From Auanema rhodensis (lineage: Eukaryota; Animalia; Nematoda), in assembly GCA_964057225.1 (NCBI GenBank), contig OZ059895.1, positions 9,982,001-10,046,000 on the forward strand: 64,000 nucleotides of DNA. Reading direction: 5' to 3'. The notes under the pieces are model-generated. The model did not search any database. It was given only the letters and a program-made list of their open reading frames with translations, and was not told the origin of the DNA. Each line of letters starts with the position of its first letter. The first letter of the stretch is position 1. This document shows, one piece after another, positions 45,001-56,100 of this stretch. The position numbers were made by a program, and so were the translations under genes.

Positions 45001-47716
45001 AGCAGTTTAATTTAGATAGCTCAACCAAAGAAGAGCAAAATATCTTCAATCTTATTTCCATATTACAGTCATAAACCAGTAGGTAATAAAACTTCATCTT
45101 GAATTTACTGTTTCTATCTATTTCCTATCGAAACAAACATTGTTTAAACACTATACAACTGTAAAACCTTTTTTAATTTATTGTATTTGAAGCTCATAAG
45201 ATTTGATCTAATCGAGGGATCCAGATGGAACGTGGAAAATTACATAACTAACATGAAGTTGGAAAAAAAACCATAACGAGGATAATTAGGTAAACCATTG
45301 AATATCAGATATTTTCTCTTACGACCATACCACGTTGAAAGTACGCCATGCAACTGATTTTCAATTTTATCTTTTCCGTAACAAATGTTTTCAATTTTCA
45401 AGCACTTTTACTTAGATAGCTCAACCAAAGCAAAGCAAATTATCTTCAATTTTATTTCTATATTACAGTTATAAACCAGTAGTTAATGAAAATTCATCTT
45501 GAATTTACTGTTTCTATCTATTCCCTATCAAAACAAACATTGTTTAAACACTATGCAACTATGAAACCTTTCTTAATTCATTGTACTTGGAGCTCATAAG
45601 ATTTGATATCATTGAGGGATACAAATGAAACGTGGAACATTACATAACTAACATGAAATTAGAAAAAAAACTATAACGGGGATGAGTATGTTAACCATTG
45701 AATATCAGATATTTTCGCTTACGACCATACCACGTTGAAAGTACGCCATACAGCTGATTTTCAATTTTATCTCTTCCGTAACAAATGTTTTCAATTTTCA
45801 AGCAGTTTTACTTAGATAGCTCAACCAAAGGAGAGCAAATTATCTTCAATCTTTTTCCTATATTACAGTTATAAACCAGTAGCTATTGAACCTTCATCTT
45901 AACTTTCCTGTTTCTATCTATTTCCTATCAAAACAAACATTGTTTAAACACTATGCAACTATGAAACCTTTTTTAATTTATTGTATTTGGAACTCATAAG
46001 AATTGATATCATTGAGGGATCCAGATGAAACGTGGAAAATTACATAACTAACATGAAATTGGAGAAAAAACTATAACAAGGATAAGCAGGTAATCCATTG
46101 AATATCAGATATTTTCGCTTACGACTATACCACGTTAAAAGTACGCCATACAGCTGATTTTCAATTTTATCTCTTCCGTAACAAATGTTTTCAATTTTCA
46201 AGCACTTTTACTTGGATAGCTCAACCAAAGAAAAGCAAATTATCTTCAATTTTATTTCTATATTACAGTTATAAACCAGTAGGTAATGAAACTTCATCTT
46301 GACTTTACTGTTTCTATCTATTTCCTATCGAAACAAACATTGTTTAAACACTATACAACTGTAAAACCTTTTTTAATTTATTGTATTTGAAGCTTATAAG
46401 ATTTGATATCATCGAGGGATCCAGATGGAAGGTGGAAAATTACATAACTAACATGAAATTGGAAAAAAAACTATAACGGGGATAAGTATTTTAACGATTG
46501 AATATCAGATATTTTCGCTTACGACCATACCACCTTGAAAGTACGCCATACAGCTGATTTTCAATTTTATCTCTTCTGTAACAAATGTTTTCAATTTTCA
46601 AGCAGTTTTACTTAGATAGCTCAACCAAAGGAGAGCAAATTATCTTCAATCTTATTTCTATATTAAAGTTATAAACCAGTAGTTATTGAACCTTCATCTT
46701 AACTTTACTGTTTCTATCTATTTCCTATCAGAACAAACATTATTTAAACATTATGCAACTATGAAACCTTTTTTAACTTATTGTATTTGGAGCTCATAAG
46801 ATTTGATATCATCGAGGGATCCAAATGGAACGTGGAAAATTACATAACTAACATGAAATTGGAGAAAAAACTATAACAAGGATAAGTAGGTAAACCATTG
46901 AATATCATATATTTTCGCTTACGACTATACCACGTTAAAAGTACGCCATACAGCTGATTTTCAAATTTATCTTTTCCGTAACAAATGTTTTCAATTTTCA
47001 AGCACTTTTACTTGGATAGCTCAACCAAAGGAAAGCAAATTTTCTTCAATCTTATTTCTATATTACAGTTATAAACCAGTAGGTAATGAACCTTCATCTT
47101 GACTTCACTGTTTTTATCTTTTTCCTATCGAAACAAACATTGTTTAAACACTATGCAACTGTGAAACCTTTTTTAATTTATTGTATTTGGAGCTCATAAG
47201 ATTTGATATCATCGAGGGATCCTGATGGAACGTGGAAAATTACATAACTAACATAAAATTTGAAAAAAAACTATAACGAGGATAAGTAGGTAAACCATTG
47301 AATATCAGATATTTTCGCTTACGACTATACCACGTTGAAAGTACGCCATGCAGCTGATTTTCAATTTTAACTCTTCTATAACAAATTTTTCCAATTTTCA
47401 AGCATTTTAACTTAGATAGCTCAACCAAACGAGAGCAAATTATCTTCAATCTTATTTCTATATTGCAGTTATAAACCAGTAGGTAATGAACCTTCGTCTT
47501 GACTTCACTGTTTTTATCTTTTTCCTATCGAAACAAACATTGTTTAAACACTATGCAACTGTGAAACCTTTTTTAATTTATTGTATTTGGAGCTCATAAG
47601 ATTTGATATCATCGAGGGATCCTGATGGAACGTGGAAAATTACATAACTAACATAAAATTTGAAAAAAAACTATAACGAGGATAAGTAGGTAAACCATTG
47701 AATATCAGATATTTTC

Positions 47717-47835
47717 GCTTACGACCATACCACGTTGAAAGTACGCCATCCTGTCCGATCTGGCAAGTCAAGCAACGTTGGGCCCGGTTAGTACTTGGAT
47801 CGGAGACGGCTTGGGAATCCCGGGTGCCGTAAGCT
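47717..47835 (+). rRNA. 5S rRNA: 5S rRNA gene, full length (119 nt), C36T variant
   Basis: GCTTACGACCATACC...CCGATCTGGCAAGTCAAGCAACG...AGTACTTGGATCGGAGAC...GTGCCGTAAGCT closely resembles nematode 5S as I recall it. Helix I ends pair (GCTTACG/CGTAAGC); A-box and C-box regions present; oligo-T follows. Confidence 0.96.
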
Positions 47836-47849
47836 TTTCAAATTTTTTT
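47835..47849 (+). terminator. Pol III terminator (T4 then T7)
   Basis: TTTTCAAATTTTTTT directly at the 5S 3' end. Confidence 0.85.
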
Positions 47850-47891
47850 AACGATCATAACAAGTTGAAAGTACGCCATGCAGCTGATTTT
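47848..47891 (+). pseudogene. Degenerate mini-5S remnant downstream of 5S copy 1
   Basis: TTAACGATCATAACAAGTTGAAAGTACGCCAT is an imperfect direct repeat of 5S nt 2-33 at 130-bp offset, followed by GCAGCTGATTTT. Confidence 0.8.
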
Positions 47892-49443
47892 CAATTTTAA
47901 CTCTTCTGTAACAACTTTTTTCAATTTTGAAGCAGTTTTACTTGGATAGCTCAACCAAAGCAGAGCAAAATATCTACAATCTTATTTCTATATTACAGTT
48001 ATGAACCAGTAGTTATTGAACCTTCATCTTAACTTTACTGTTTCTATCTATTTCCTATCGAAACAAACATTGTTTAAACACTATGCAACTGTGAAACCTC
48101 TTCAATTTATTGCATTTGGAGCTCATAAGATTTGATATCATCGAGGGATCCTGATGGAACGTGGAAAATTACATAACTAACATGAAATTGGAAAAAAAAC
48201 TAAAACGAGGATAAGTATGTTAACCATTGAATATCAGATATTTTCGCTTACGACCATACTACGTTAAAAGTACGCCATACAGCTGATTTTTAATTTTATC
48301 TCTTCCGTAACAAATGTTTTCAATTTTCAAGCATTTTTACTTAGATAACTCAACCAAAGGAGAGCAAATTATCTTCATTCTTATTTCTATATTACAGTTA
48401 TAAACCAGTAGTTATTGAACCTTCATCTTAACTTTACTGTTTCTATCTATTTCCTATCGAAACAAACATTGTTTAAACACTATGCAACTGTGAAACCTCT
48501 TCAATTTATTGCATTTGGAGCTTATAAGATTTGATATCATCGAGGGATCCTGATGGAACGTGGGAAATTACATAACTAACATTAAATTGGAAAAAAAACT
48601 AAAACGAGGATAAGTATGTTAACCATTGAATATCAGATATTTTCGCTTACGACCATACCACGTTAAAAGTACGCCATACAGCTGATTTTTAATTTTATCT
48701 CTTCCGTAACAAATGTTTTCAATTTTCAAGCATTTTAACTTAGATAGCTCAACCAAACGAGAGCAAATTATCTTCAATCTTATTTCTATATTGCAGTTAT
48801 AAACCAGTAGGTAATGAACCTTCGTCTTGACTTCACTGTTTTTATCTTTTTCCTATCGAAACAAACATGGTTTAAACACTATGCAACTGTGAAACCTCTT
48901 CAATTTATTGCATTTGGAGCTTATAAGATTTGATATCATCGAGGGATCCTGATGGAACGTGGGAAATTACATAACTAACATTAAATTGGAAAAAAACCAA
49001 AACGAGGATAAGTATGTTAACCATTGAATATCAGATATTTTCGCTTACGACCATACCACGTTGAAAGTACGCCATGCAGCTGATTTTCAATTTTAACTCT
49101 TCTATAACAAATTTTTTCAATTTTCAAGCATTTTAACTTAGATAGCTCAACCAAACGAGAGCAAATTAATCTTCAATCTTATTTCTATATTGCAGTTATA
49201 AACCAGTAGGTAATGAACCTTTGTCTTGACTTCACTGTTTTTATCTATTTCCTATCGAAACAAACATTGTTTAAACACTATGCAACTGTGAAACCTTTTT
49301 TAATTTATTGTATTTGGAGCTCATAAGATTTGATATCATCGAGGGATCCTGATGGAACGTGGAAAATTACATAACTAACATAACATTTGAAAAAAAACTA
49401 TAACGAGGATAAGTAGGTAAACCATTGAATATCAGATATTTTC

Positions 49444-49457
49444 GCTTACGACCATAC
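49444..49457 (+). pseudogene. 5S rRNA: 5' fragment (nt 1-14) of the retrotransposon-interrupted 5S gene
   Basis: GCTTACGACCATAC abuts the LTR start TGT. The upstream monomer variant is the one that precedes the other two 5S genes. Confidence 0.9.
49453..49457 (+). repeat. Left target-site duplication CATAC (5S nt 10-14)
   Basis: CATAC flanks both ends (49453-49457 and 57804-57808); removing the element plus one copy restores a perfect 5S gene. Confidence 0.93.
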
Positions 49458-49898
49458 TGTCGGCAAATGCCTGACTATTAACAAAATATAATGATTTACA
49501 ATATAAACATAACTCTTCTGAAATACTAAACCATTATCTATTAACCGAATAATTGTATCATTAACCTATTGCGCAACATTCTCAAAGGATGTTGAACTTT
49601 TATCACCTCTATAGTTTACATTAACGTGACCTTTCTATTCAAATATCAAATATCACCCTTAAGCTAAATCATATATAAACCCAAGAAACCTTCACTTTAA
49701 TATCTAACTTTTCTACCACTGTACCATCTTTATTTAATAAACCTTTTAAACCCAAATCTGCGAAGTTCAACCCTGATAATATTCTCTTCGAGTATCAACC
49801 TTCGTTAATACTCCTAAACGGTATTAACTCCTGTATCACGTCGAACGAGTAATACTACAGCTATTCCCCTGGAATAACTCTTGGATTCATAGTCCAAA
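49458..49898 (+). repeat. 5' LTR (441 bp; TGTCGG...TCCAAA)
   Basis: Direct repeat of 57363-57803 with no difference seen by eye. Confidence 0.96.
49672..49679 (+). promoter_or_regulatory. Candidate LTR TATA box (TATATAAA)
   Basis: Mid-LTR position about 60 bp upstream of AATAAA, the usual U3-R arrangement. AT-rich context lowers certainty. Confidence 0.55.
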
Positions 49899-49899
49899 T

Positions 49900-49909
49900 T
49901 GGTGCATCG
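49900..49909 (+). promoter_or_regulatory. Primer-binding site TGGTGCATCG, likely tRNA-Gly(GCC)
   Basis: Begins 1 nt after the 5' LTR; complementary to ...CGAUGCACCA-3', the 3' end of nematode tRNA-Gly(GCC) as I recall it. Confidence 0.8.
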
Positions 49910-50161
49910 TCCAAATCAGGTATCAATTGTTAGAAACCTTTTTGTATTAATTTCTATTCTCACTTTTTATTTCTCAGTTCCTTTGTTTACTTTTCTTCAT
50001 CATCACATTCTTTAAACTTCTTTGCTTCATCTCATCTCATCTGAATCTCTATCTCTATCTCAATCTCAAAATCAAAAAAGTTACCAACACATTTTGCAAC
50101 AATTCAACTAAGAAATTCAAAAGTCATACATTTTGCATCAAAAAATCAAAAAACGGTAGGA

Positions 50162-53100
50162 ATGGACCGTACTGAAGAAGTTTTCAATGAAAAACTCCAC
50201 AATTTCGCAGACAAATTTGAGCAACTAGCCAAACTACTCATAAAAACTAAAACCGAGAACCAAGAAAACATTTCGCTTCTACGCCTACACACATCTCTCA
50301 CACAACTTAGGTCTGAAGAATCATCTCTCGCTACTCTTGCTTCTCTTCTCCCCGAACCTACGTTTTCTGAATTGAACAGAAGAATAAACGAGGTAACCAC
50401 GCTTCATGCTGACACAGTAACAAGAGCGAACATCCTGATTTTGGAACTAGAAACCAAAACAGCTAAAAAACAACCCCTCCCCGATTCCGAAGACGACCAA
50501 GAGTCGGATCGGAATAAAAGACCAACGCGAACTAGCTTTGGTCTCTCCGTTAAAACACCTCAACTTTCGATTCCCACATTTAACGGAGACTCCTTAACAT
50601 TTCCACTCTTTTGGAACCAATTCAAAACCCTCATTCACAATGAACCTAGCCTAAATATACAACAGAAAAACATTTTTTTGGCAGAAGCCCTACAAGGACC
50701 TGCCAGGGTTCATCTCGAGAATAAGCCTTTAAACGGCGAATTTTATCACCAAATAATCGAAACCTTACAAAACACATATCAACCGATATTAGCGGTTGAC
50801 TTTCGCATATACCGTAATATCAGGAGATTACCTGTCGCAAAATCCGACCCCACCTCTTTGAGATCCCGAGTTAATGAGATTCGAGCTTTGCTCGACCAAC
50901 TCGACAGAGCAAGATCTCAATATATATACAATACTGAAGACCCAGCTTGGGTCACAGAGATATCTGAGAAATTTCCTGAAGAAATTATAGATATGCGCTG
51001 TTGGCGATCGCCCGGCGAAAATACTATAAGTCAAATTCTGAAGGACATAGAGGGTATAGCATACTCAAAGGAAACCTCGGCTTATTTAAGACGAGAACGA
51101 TCCGAACCTCAGTATCGAGACCAAACTCAGCCCTTTTTCTCAAAACCCATCAAATCCTCAGAAAAATCAGAACGACCCTGCGTTTTTTGCGATAAGCAGG
51201 GTCATCGCCCTACAAAATGCCCCACGATAACCACCCCCCAAGAACGAAGAGAGATTATAAAGAGAAAAAATAGGTGTTGGATTTGCTTTAGTCCAACACA
51301 CTCAAGCAGTAAGTGCAAATTCGAAAGTTGCCGAAACTGCAAAAAAGAGCATAATTATACTTTATGCCTACCTAAGCCAACCATCAAAATTACTAAACCG
51401 TCCATGAATTGCACCACTATATCTAAATCTTTCCATCCTTCTCCCGCTTACCTCATGACTTCTCAAATCTCTCTCTTAAATCCTTTAACAAACACTTATC
51501 ATACTAAAACCATATTTCTTGACCCCGGAGCAACTCAAAGCTTCATCCATCAAAAGACAGCTGAGACATGCAACTTGAATACCTTAGCAACACAAAACAT
51601 TACAGCAACCGGATTTTCGGGCAATAAAGAAACTTTTGAAACAAAAACAGTCGAAGCTATTTTGCAAACCCCATATGGAAAAATAATTAAACTAATTTTG
51701 CTGACATCCCCAAAACCACTCACCGGAAACCTAAAATGCTGTTCTCTACAAATCCGGGATAGAGAATTTCTTGAAAAAACCAAAATTTCCGTCACCAATC
51801 AATTCATTAATGGGGAAACATTCTCACCCGACATTTTGTTAGGTATGGATTGGTATGATTCAGTAATAACTGAAGAGCCATCCATTTCATTACCATCGGG
51901 TCTAAAAATTAAACACACCCACTTTGGTCCCTGTATTTATGGAAAAACAAATAATACCCATGAATCCATAGCCGTCCATTCCTTAATCATAAACCCTCAA
52001 ATACCGGAGGAAGTTATGATTAAACAATTATTCGAAATAGATAGTTTGGGCATTGCTCCACATGAAGGAGCTTTGAACAAATCAGAACTATTCTATAACG
52101 AATATTCTACTTTACTTACGTTTGATAACGGCTACATAACCGCCCCTCTCCCACTAAAGAAAAACGCCATAAATATTCAATCTAACCGTAATCTTGCTTT
52201 GGCAACACTTAATCGTCTTCAAATATCTTTACAAAAAGACCCCAATCAACAAAAATACTATCAAGAAACGTTCTCACAATATTTAAAAGAAAACGTAATA
52301 GAGTTAGTCCCGGCAGATGTTGAGGCGACCAGAACTTATTATATGCCACATCGCGGTGTGTGGAAACCCCAAAAAACCAAGCCTCTTCGCATAGTCTTTA
52401 ACGCATCTGCTAAACAAAAAGGACAACTCTCTCTAAATGACATAACCTCAACAGGTGAGAGCTTCACCAACAAAATTCTCGATATCTTGATAGGTATTCG
52501 TACCAAATCGTATTTTCTGATGTGTGATATTGAAGGTGCTTTCACACAAATACGCATAGCTAATGATTGTAAAGATCTCTGTCGCTTTCTTTGGTTGAAA
52601 GATGTCAATAAGCCGCCTACACCAAACAATATAATAGAATTTCGATTTAATAGGTTAGCTTTTGGCATTACGGCAAGCCCCGCTGTATTAAACATGTCGT
52701 TACACGCGTATTTGAATAGCCACACCTCACCATTTGTAGAAAAAACCCTAAGATATCTTTATGTAGATAATATTTTTTATACAACCAATGATCAAAAAGA
52801 ACTAACCGATTTATATAAAGATTCAAAGAAAATATTCTCTCAAATTTCGATGAATGTTAGAGAATACTTTAGTAACTCATCCCATTTTAACAACGAAATT
52901 CCGGCGATAGATCACCACCCAGATAAAAATCCCAAAATACTAGGTGTACTATATAACGCCAGTAAAGATTCGTTTGTATTAACAGGACAAATGCGTATGC
53001 AACAGTCTTTTACTAAACGCGATATGCTGAGTAGTTTACACAGCATATATGACCCCATAGGACTAGCGGCACCGCTCCTACTTCCATATAAAATTATTTT

Positions 53101-56100
53101 AAGACAAGTAATGAACAGCAATGTCGATTGGAAGGAGCAAGTCCCCGAGGATCTCGTCGCCGATTGGAACAAAGCCAGCACAAAGATAGGGCCGTTCAAC
53201 ATTGAAGTTCCGCGGGAATTATCTAGCAAAAGAGACAAGAAAGAACTGTGGGTTTTTGTAGACGCAAGCACAAAAGCTATTGCAGCATGCGCCTATTTAA
53301 CTACCAGCACAGAAAGAGCTCCAATCATAATGGGGAAAGTAAAATTAGCCCCCAAAAATAGGACTTTGACCATCCCGCGCTTAGAACTATCCGCAATTTT
53401 TATGGGAATGAAAATCGCGGAAACAATATACAATAATTTGAACAAGCCGAATCTGGCAATTAACATTGCGTCAGATAGCCAAATAGCTCTATCTTGGCTT
53501 ATAACGAAAAAAAGTGTCCCCGTTTTTATCAGTAATATGCGGCAAAACATTGAAGAAATAGGAAGAAGGTTGGAAGCTCAAAAAGCTTCACTACACTTCC
53601 ACTATGTTGATACCGACCATAATCCAGCAGACATTGGAACTAGAGGGACAACAGACCAAAATCTGTTAAAGGAACGCTGGTTGTTTTCTCCACCATGGCT
53701 ATCACAAATGGACAACAGACCAATAAAGGAACTCACCGCTCCAATAGACGAAGACGAACCCCCCATGCTCATTCTACCCGTATCTACTGATATTCAATCA
53801 TACGAGTCAATAATACAACCAGGAAGATTTAATTCGTACTCCAAACTACAACGGACCACAGGTTTGGTATTTAAAGCCGCGCTAGTACTATTGCAGAAAA
53901 TAAACAAAACCCCAACATCAACCATGCTACAACGAGCGCAAAAGGAAAAGCAGCAATCCCAAACCGCAGATCTCTTTCTTAAACAAAAGGCCCAGAAAAA
54001 ATTAAAACAATCGGAAATAAAGCAATTTCGCACCACCAAGGATAACAACGGATTACGTATAATTCAAACACGTTTGCTTAACGCCAAATTGCCTGCATCC
54101 ACAAAGTACCCCTTTTTACTACCCAAAAATTCTGATTTAGGTAAACTAATTTTGCTTTCCATACATAAAGAAAATGCACACCTGGGAACTACACATCTGA
54201 TCAGCCTATTTCTTCAAAAGTTCTTCATGGCAGGAACAAGGCAGGTATGCAAATCAATTATAAAAAAGTGCGTCCCGTGTCAAAAAATACTCAGTCGCCC
54301 ATTCACCACAGATTTTCTGGCACCTCTGCCAGAAGATCGAATTACAAAAGCTATGCCATTTAAGCATACGGGGCTAGACTGTATCGGACCCATTAAATAT
54401 AGAAACAGTGAACAAATATATATAGTAATCTTTACATGTCTAACGGTTCGAGCAGTTCACCTCGAACCAATTAACGACATGACCTCTAATACATTCCTCA
54501 ATGCATTTATAAGATTCGTAGCTCGCAGAGGATTACCGGACGTTATCCGTTCGGACAATGGGAGCAATTTTGTTCACTCGGCTAAGATACTTAACATGTT
54601 AGAAACTTATGATAGTGAACATAGAACAAGTTTCACAAAATTTTTACAAAAACACCACATTACATGGATTTTTAACACTCCCAGTGCCCCATGGACTGGA
54701 GGAGTATGGGAGCGACTGGTTGCGATAGTAAAAACTTCGCTCTACAAATCATTGCAGCTTAAATTGGTCAACAAAGACCAACTAACGACGGCAATTATAA
54801 AGATCGAAGGAATAATAAATTCCAGACCGATCACCTATACAAATTCAGATAATGTAGACGACCGACCCCTGACACCAGCAGATTTCTTGAATAACGGCAG
54901 CCCCGTTCTCGTACCAGGAGGTAACGTAGAACAATTGGGACAAGCCTTGGATGAACCAAACCCAATACAAACGAATAAAGAAGCCTTTGAAATTCTGCAG
55001 AAAGTGGAAATTATAGCGGAATCATTCTGGGATCGGTGGTCCAAGGAATATCTTCTATGTCTCCGTAATGCCCACGCATCCACAAAACAAACGCACAGAA
55101 GTTCTAACCACCCAACGCTAAATGAGGTGGTCCTTGTGGAAGAAGATAACCTGAACAGATGCAACTGGCAAATGGCGCGCATTACTGCCCTACTACCGTC
55201 TTCGGATAACATATTCAGATCCGCAAGAATTAAATTAGGAAACGGCAAAGAACTCACGAAACCAGTTGAAAAACTCTACCCACTCGAGCTCAAGGACAAT
55301 TTCGACAAAGGAAGAGAATCACAGGAAATAACTGTCAATCATCTTTCACACATACCAACCAATCCGAACCGGCTAAGGAACATTTTTCGTTTTCTGATGC
55401 TAATACAAATATTTTCAGTTGCTATGACCCAACCGATAATCAGGTGTTCAACATCACAAGTGGTATTTCCAGCACAACCAAACCACTCAACAATATGCAT
55501 CGACTCCAGCTGCCATAATCTCTCTGCACACCAATCCGAAATAATCCCACTACCTATTTCAGTTTTACCAAAAACAGCATCCGTTTCACGCTTCAACTTG
55601 GAGTCAACTCAGAATCAAACATGCAAACTTCCTCACCCATGTGACTTCCCACCGCCATTCATCCTACATATCATAGGCAATCCTCACTGTAATCCAATCT
55701 TAGCTATTCTTATAGTACTTACGCCATTAATTGGCTGCGCTCTTTTATTCATTAGCTGTGGTCTAATCTACAGAAGACTAAGAACATACCGCCGACAGAA
55801 CGAGCCCACCATTTCGTACATCCCTTCCCTCCTATTCACACTCTTTTTTCTCATATGCCAGGCGCAAGCTTGTGGATCCCCCAACGCTCATAAAAACATA
55901 GAAATCTTTTGCGACGATATACAAAACTGCACCAAAATAACCAACGAAGAAATTTCATTCAATCCCTTACAAAACTCTCTCTGCTCCTACATCAAATATC
56001 AAAACTCCACTATAGGCAAACTAGAAATTCAATTAATTCAACATAAATTTTCATGCCAAAAAGTTTCGCAAGGATTCACTAGAATAACTAACCTAACCAT

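Larger units (their letters stand above)
1..49457 (+). repeat. ~400-bp tandem satellite array (left block, ~123 units), derived from 5S rDNA; runs off the window start
   Basis: Landmarks such as GGAAAATTACATAACT and GAATATCAGATATTTTCGCTTACGAC recur every 399-401 bp. Monomers differ by scattered shared substitutions. Each contains GCTTACGACCATACCACGTTGAAAGTACGCCAT-like sequence (5S nt 1-33). Confidence 0.98.

Noticed and set aside
14028-47449. Repeated 66-85-aa minus-strand ORFs (MKFYYLLVYDC...)
   Set aside because: Chance open frames in certain satellite variants; most monomers have stops there, and there is no recognisable domain.
1-47716. Calling each monomer's 33-nt segment a functional 5S gene
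   Set aside because: It lacks nt 34-109 including the A-box, intermediate element and C-box.
50028-50067. Short ATCTC-type repeats in the element leader
   Set aside because: Low-complexity tract with no support for a specific function.
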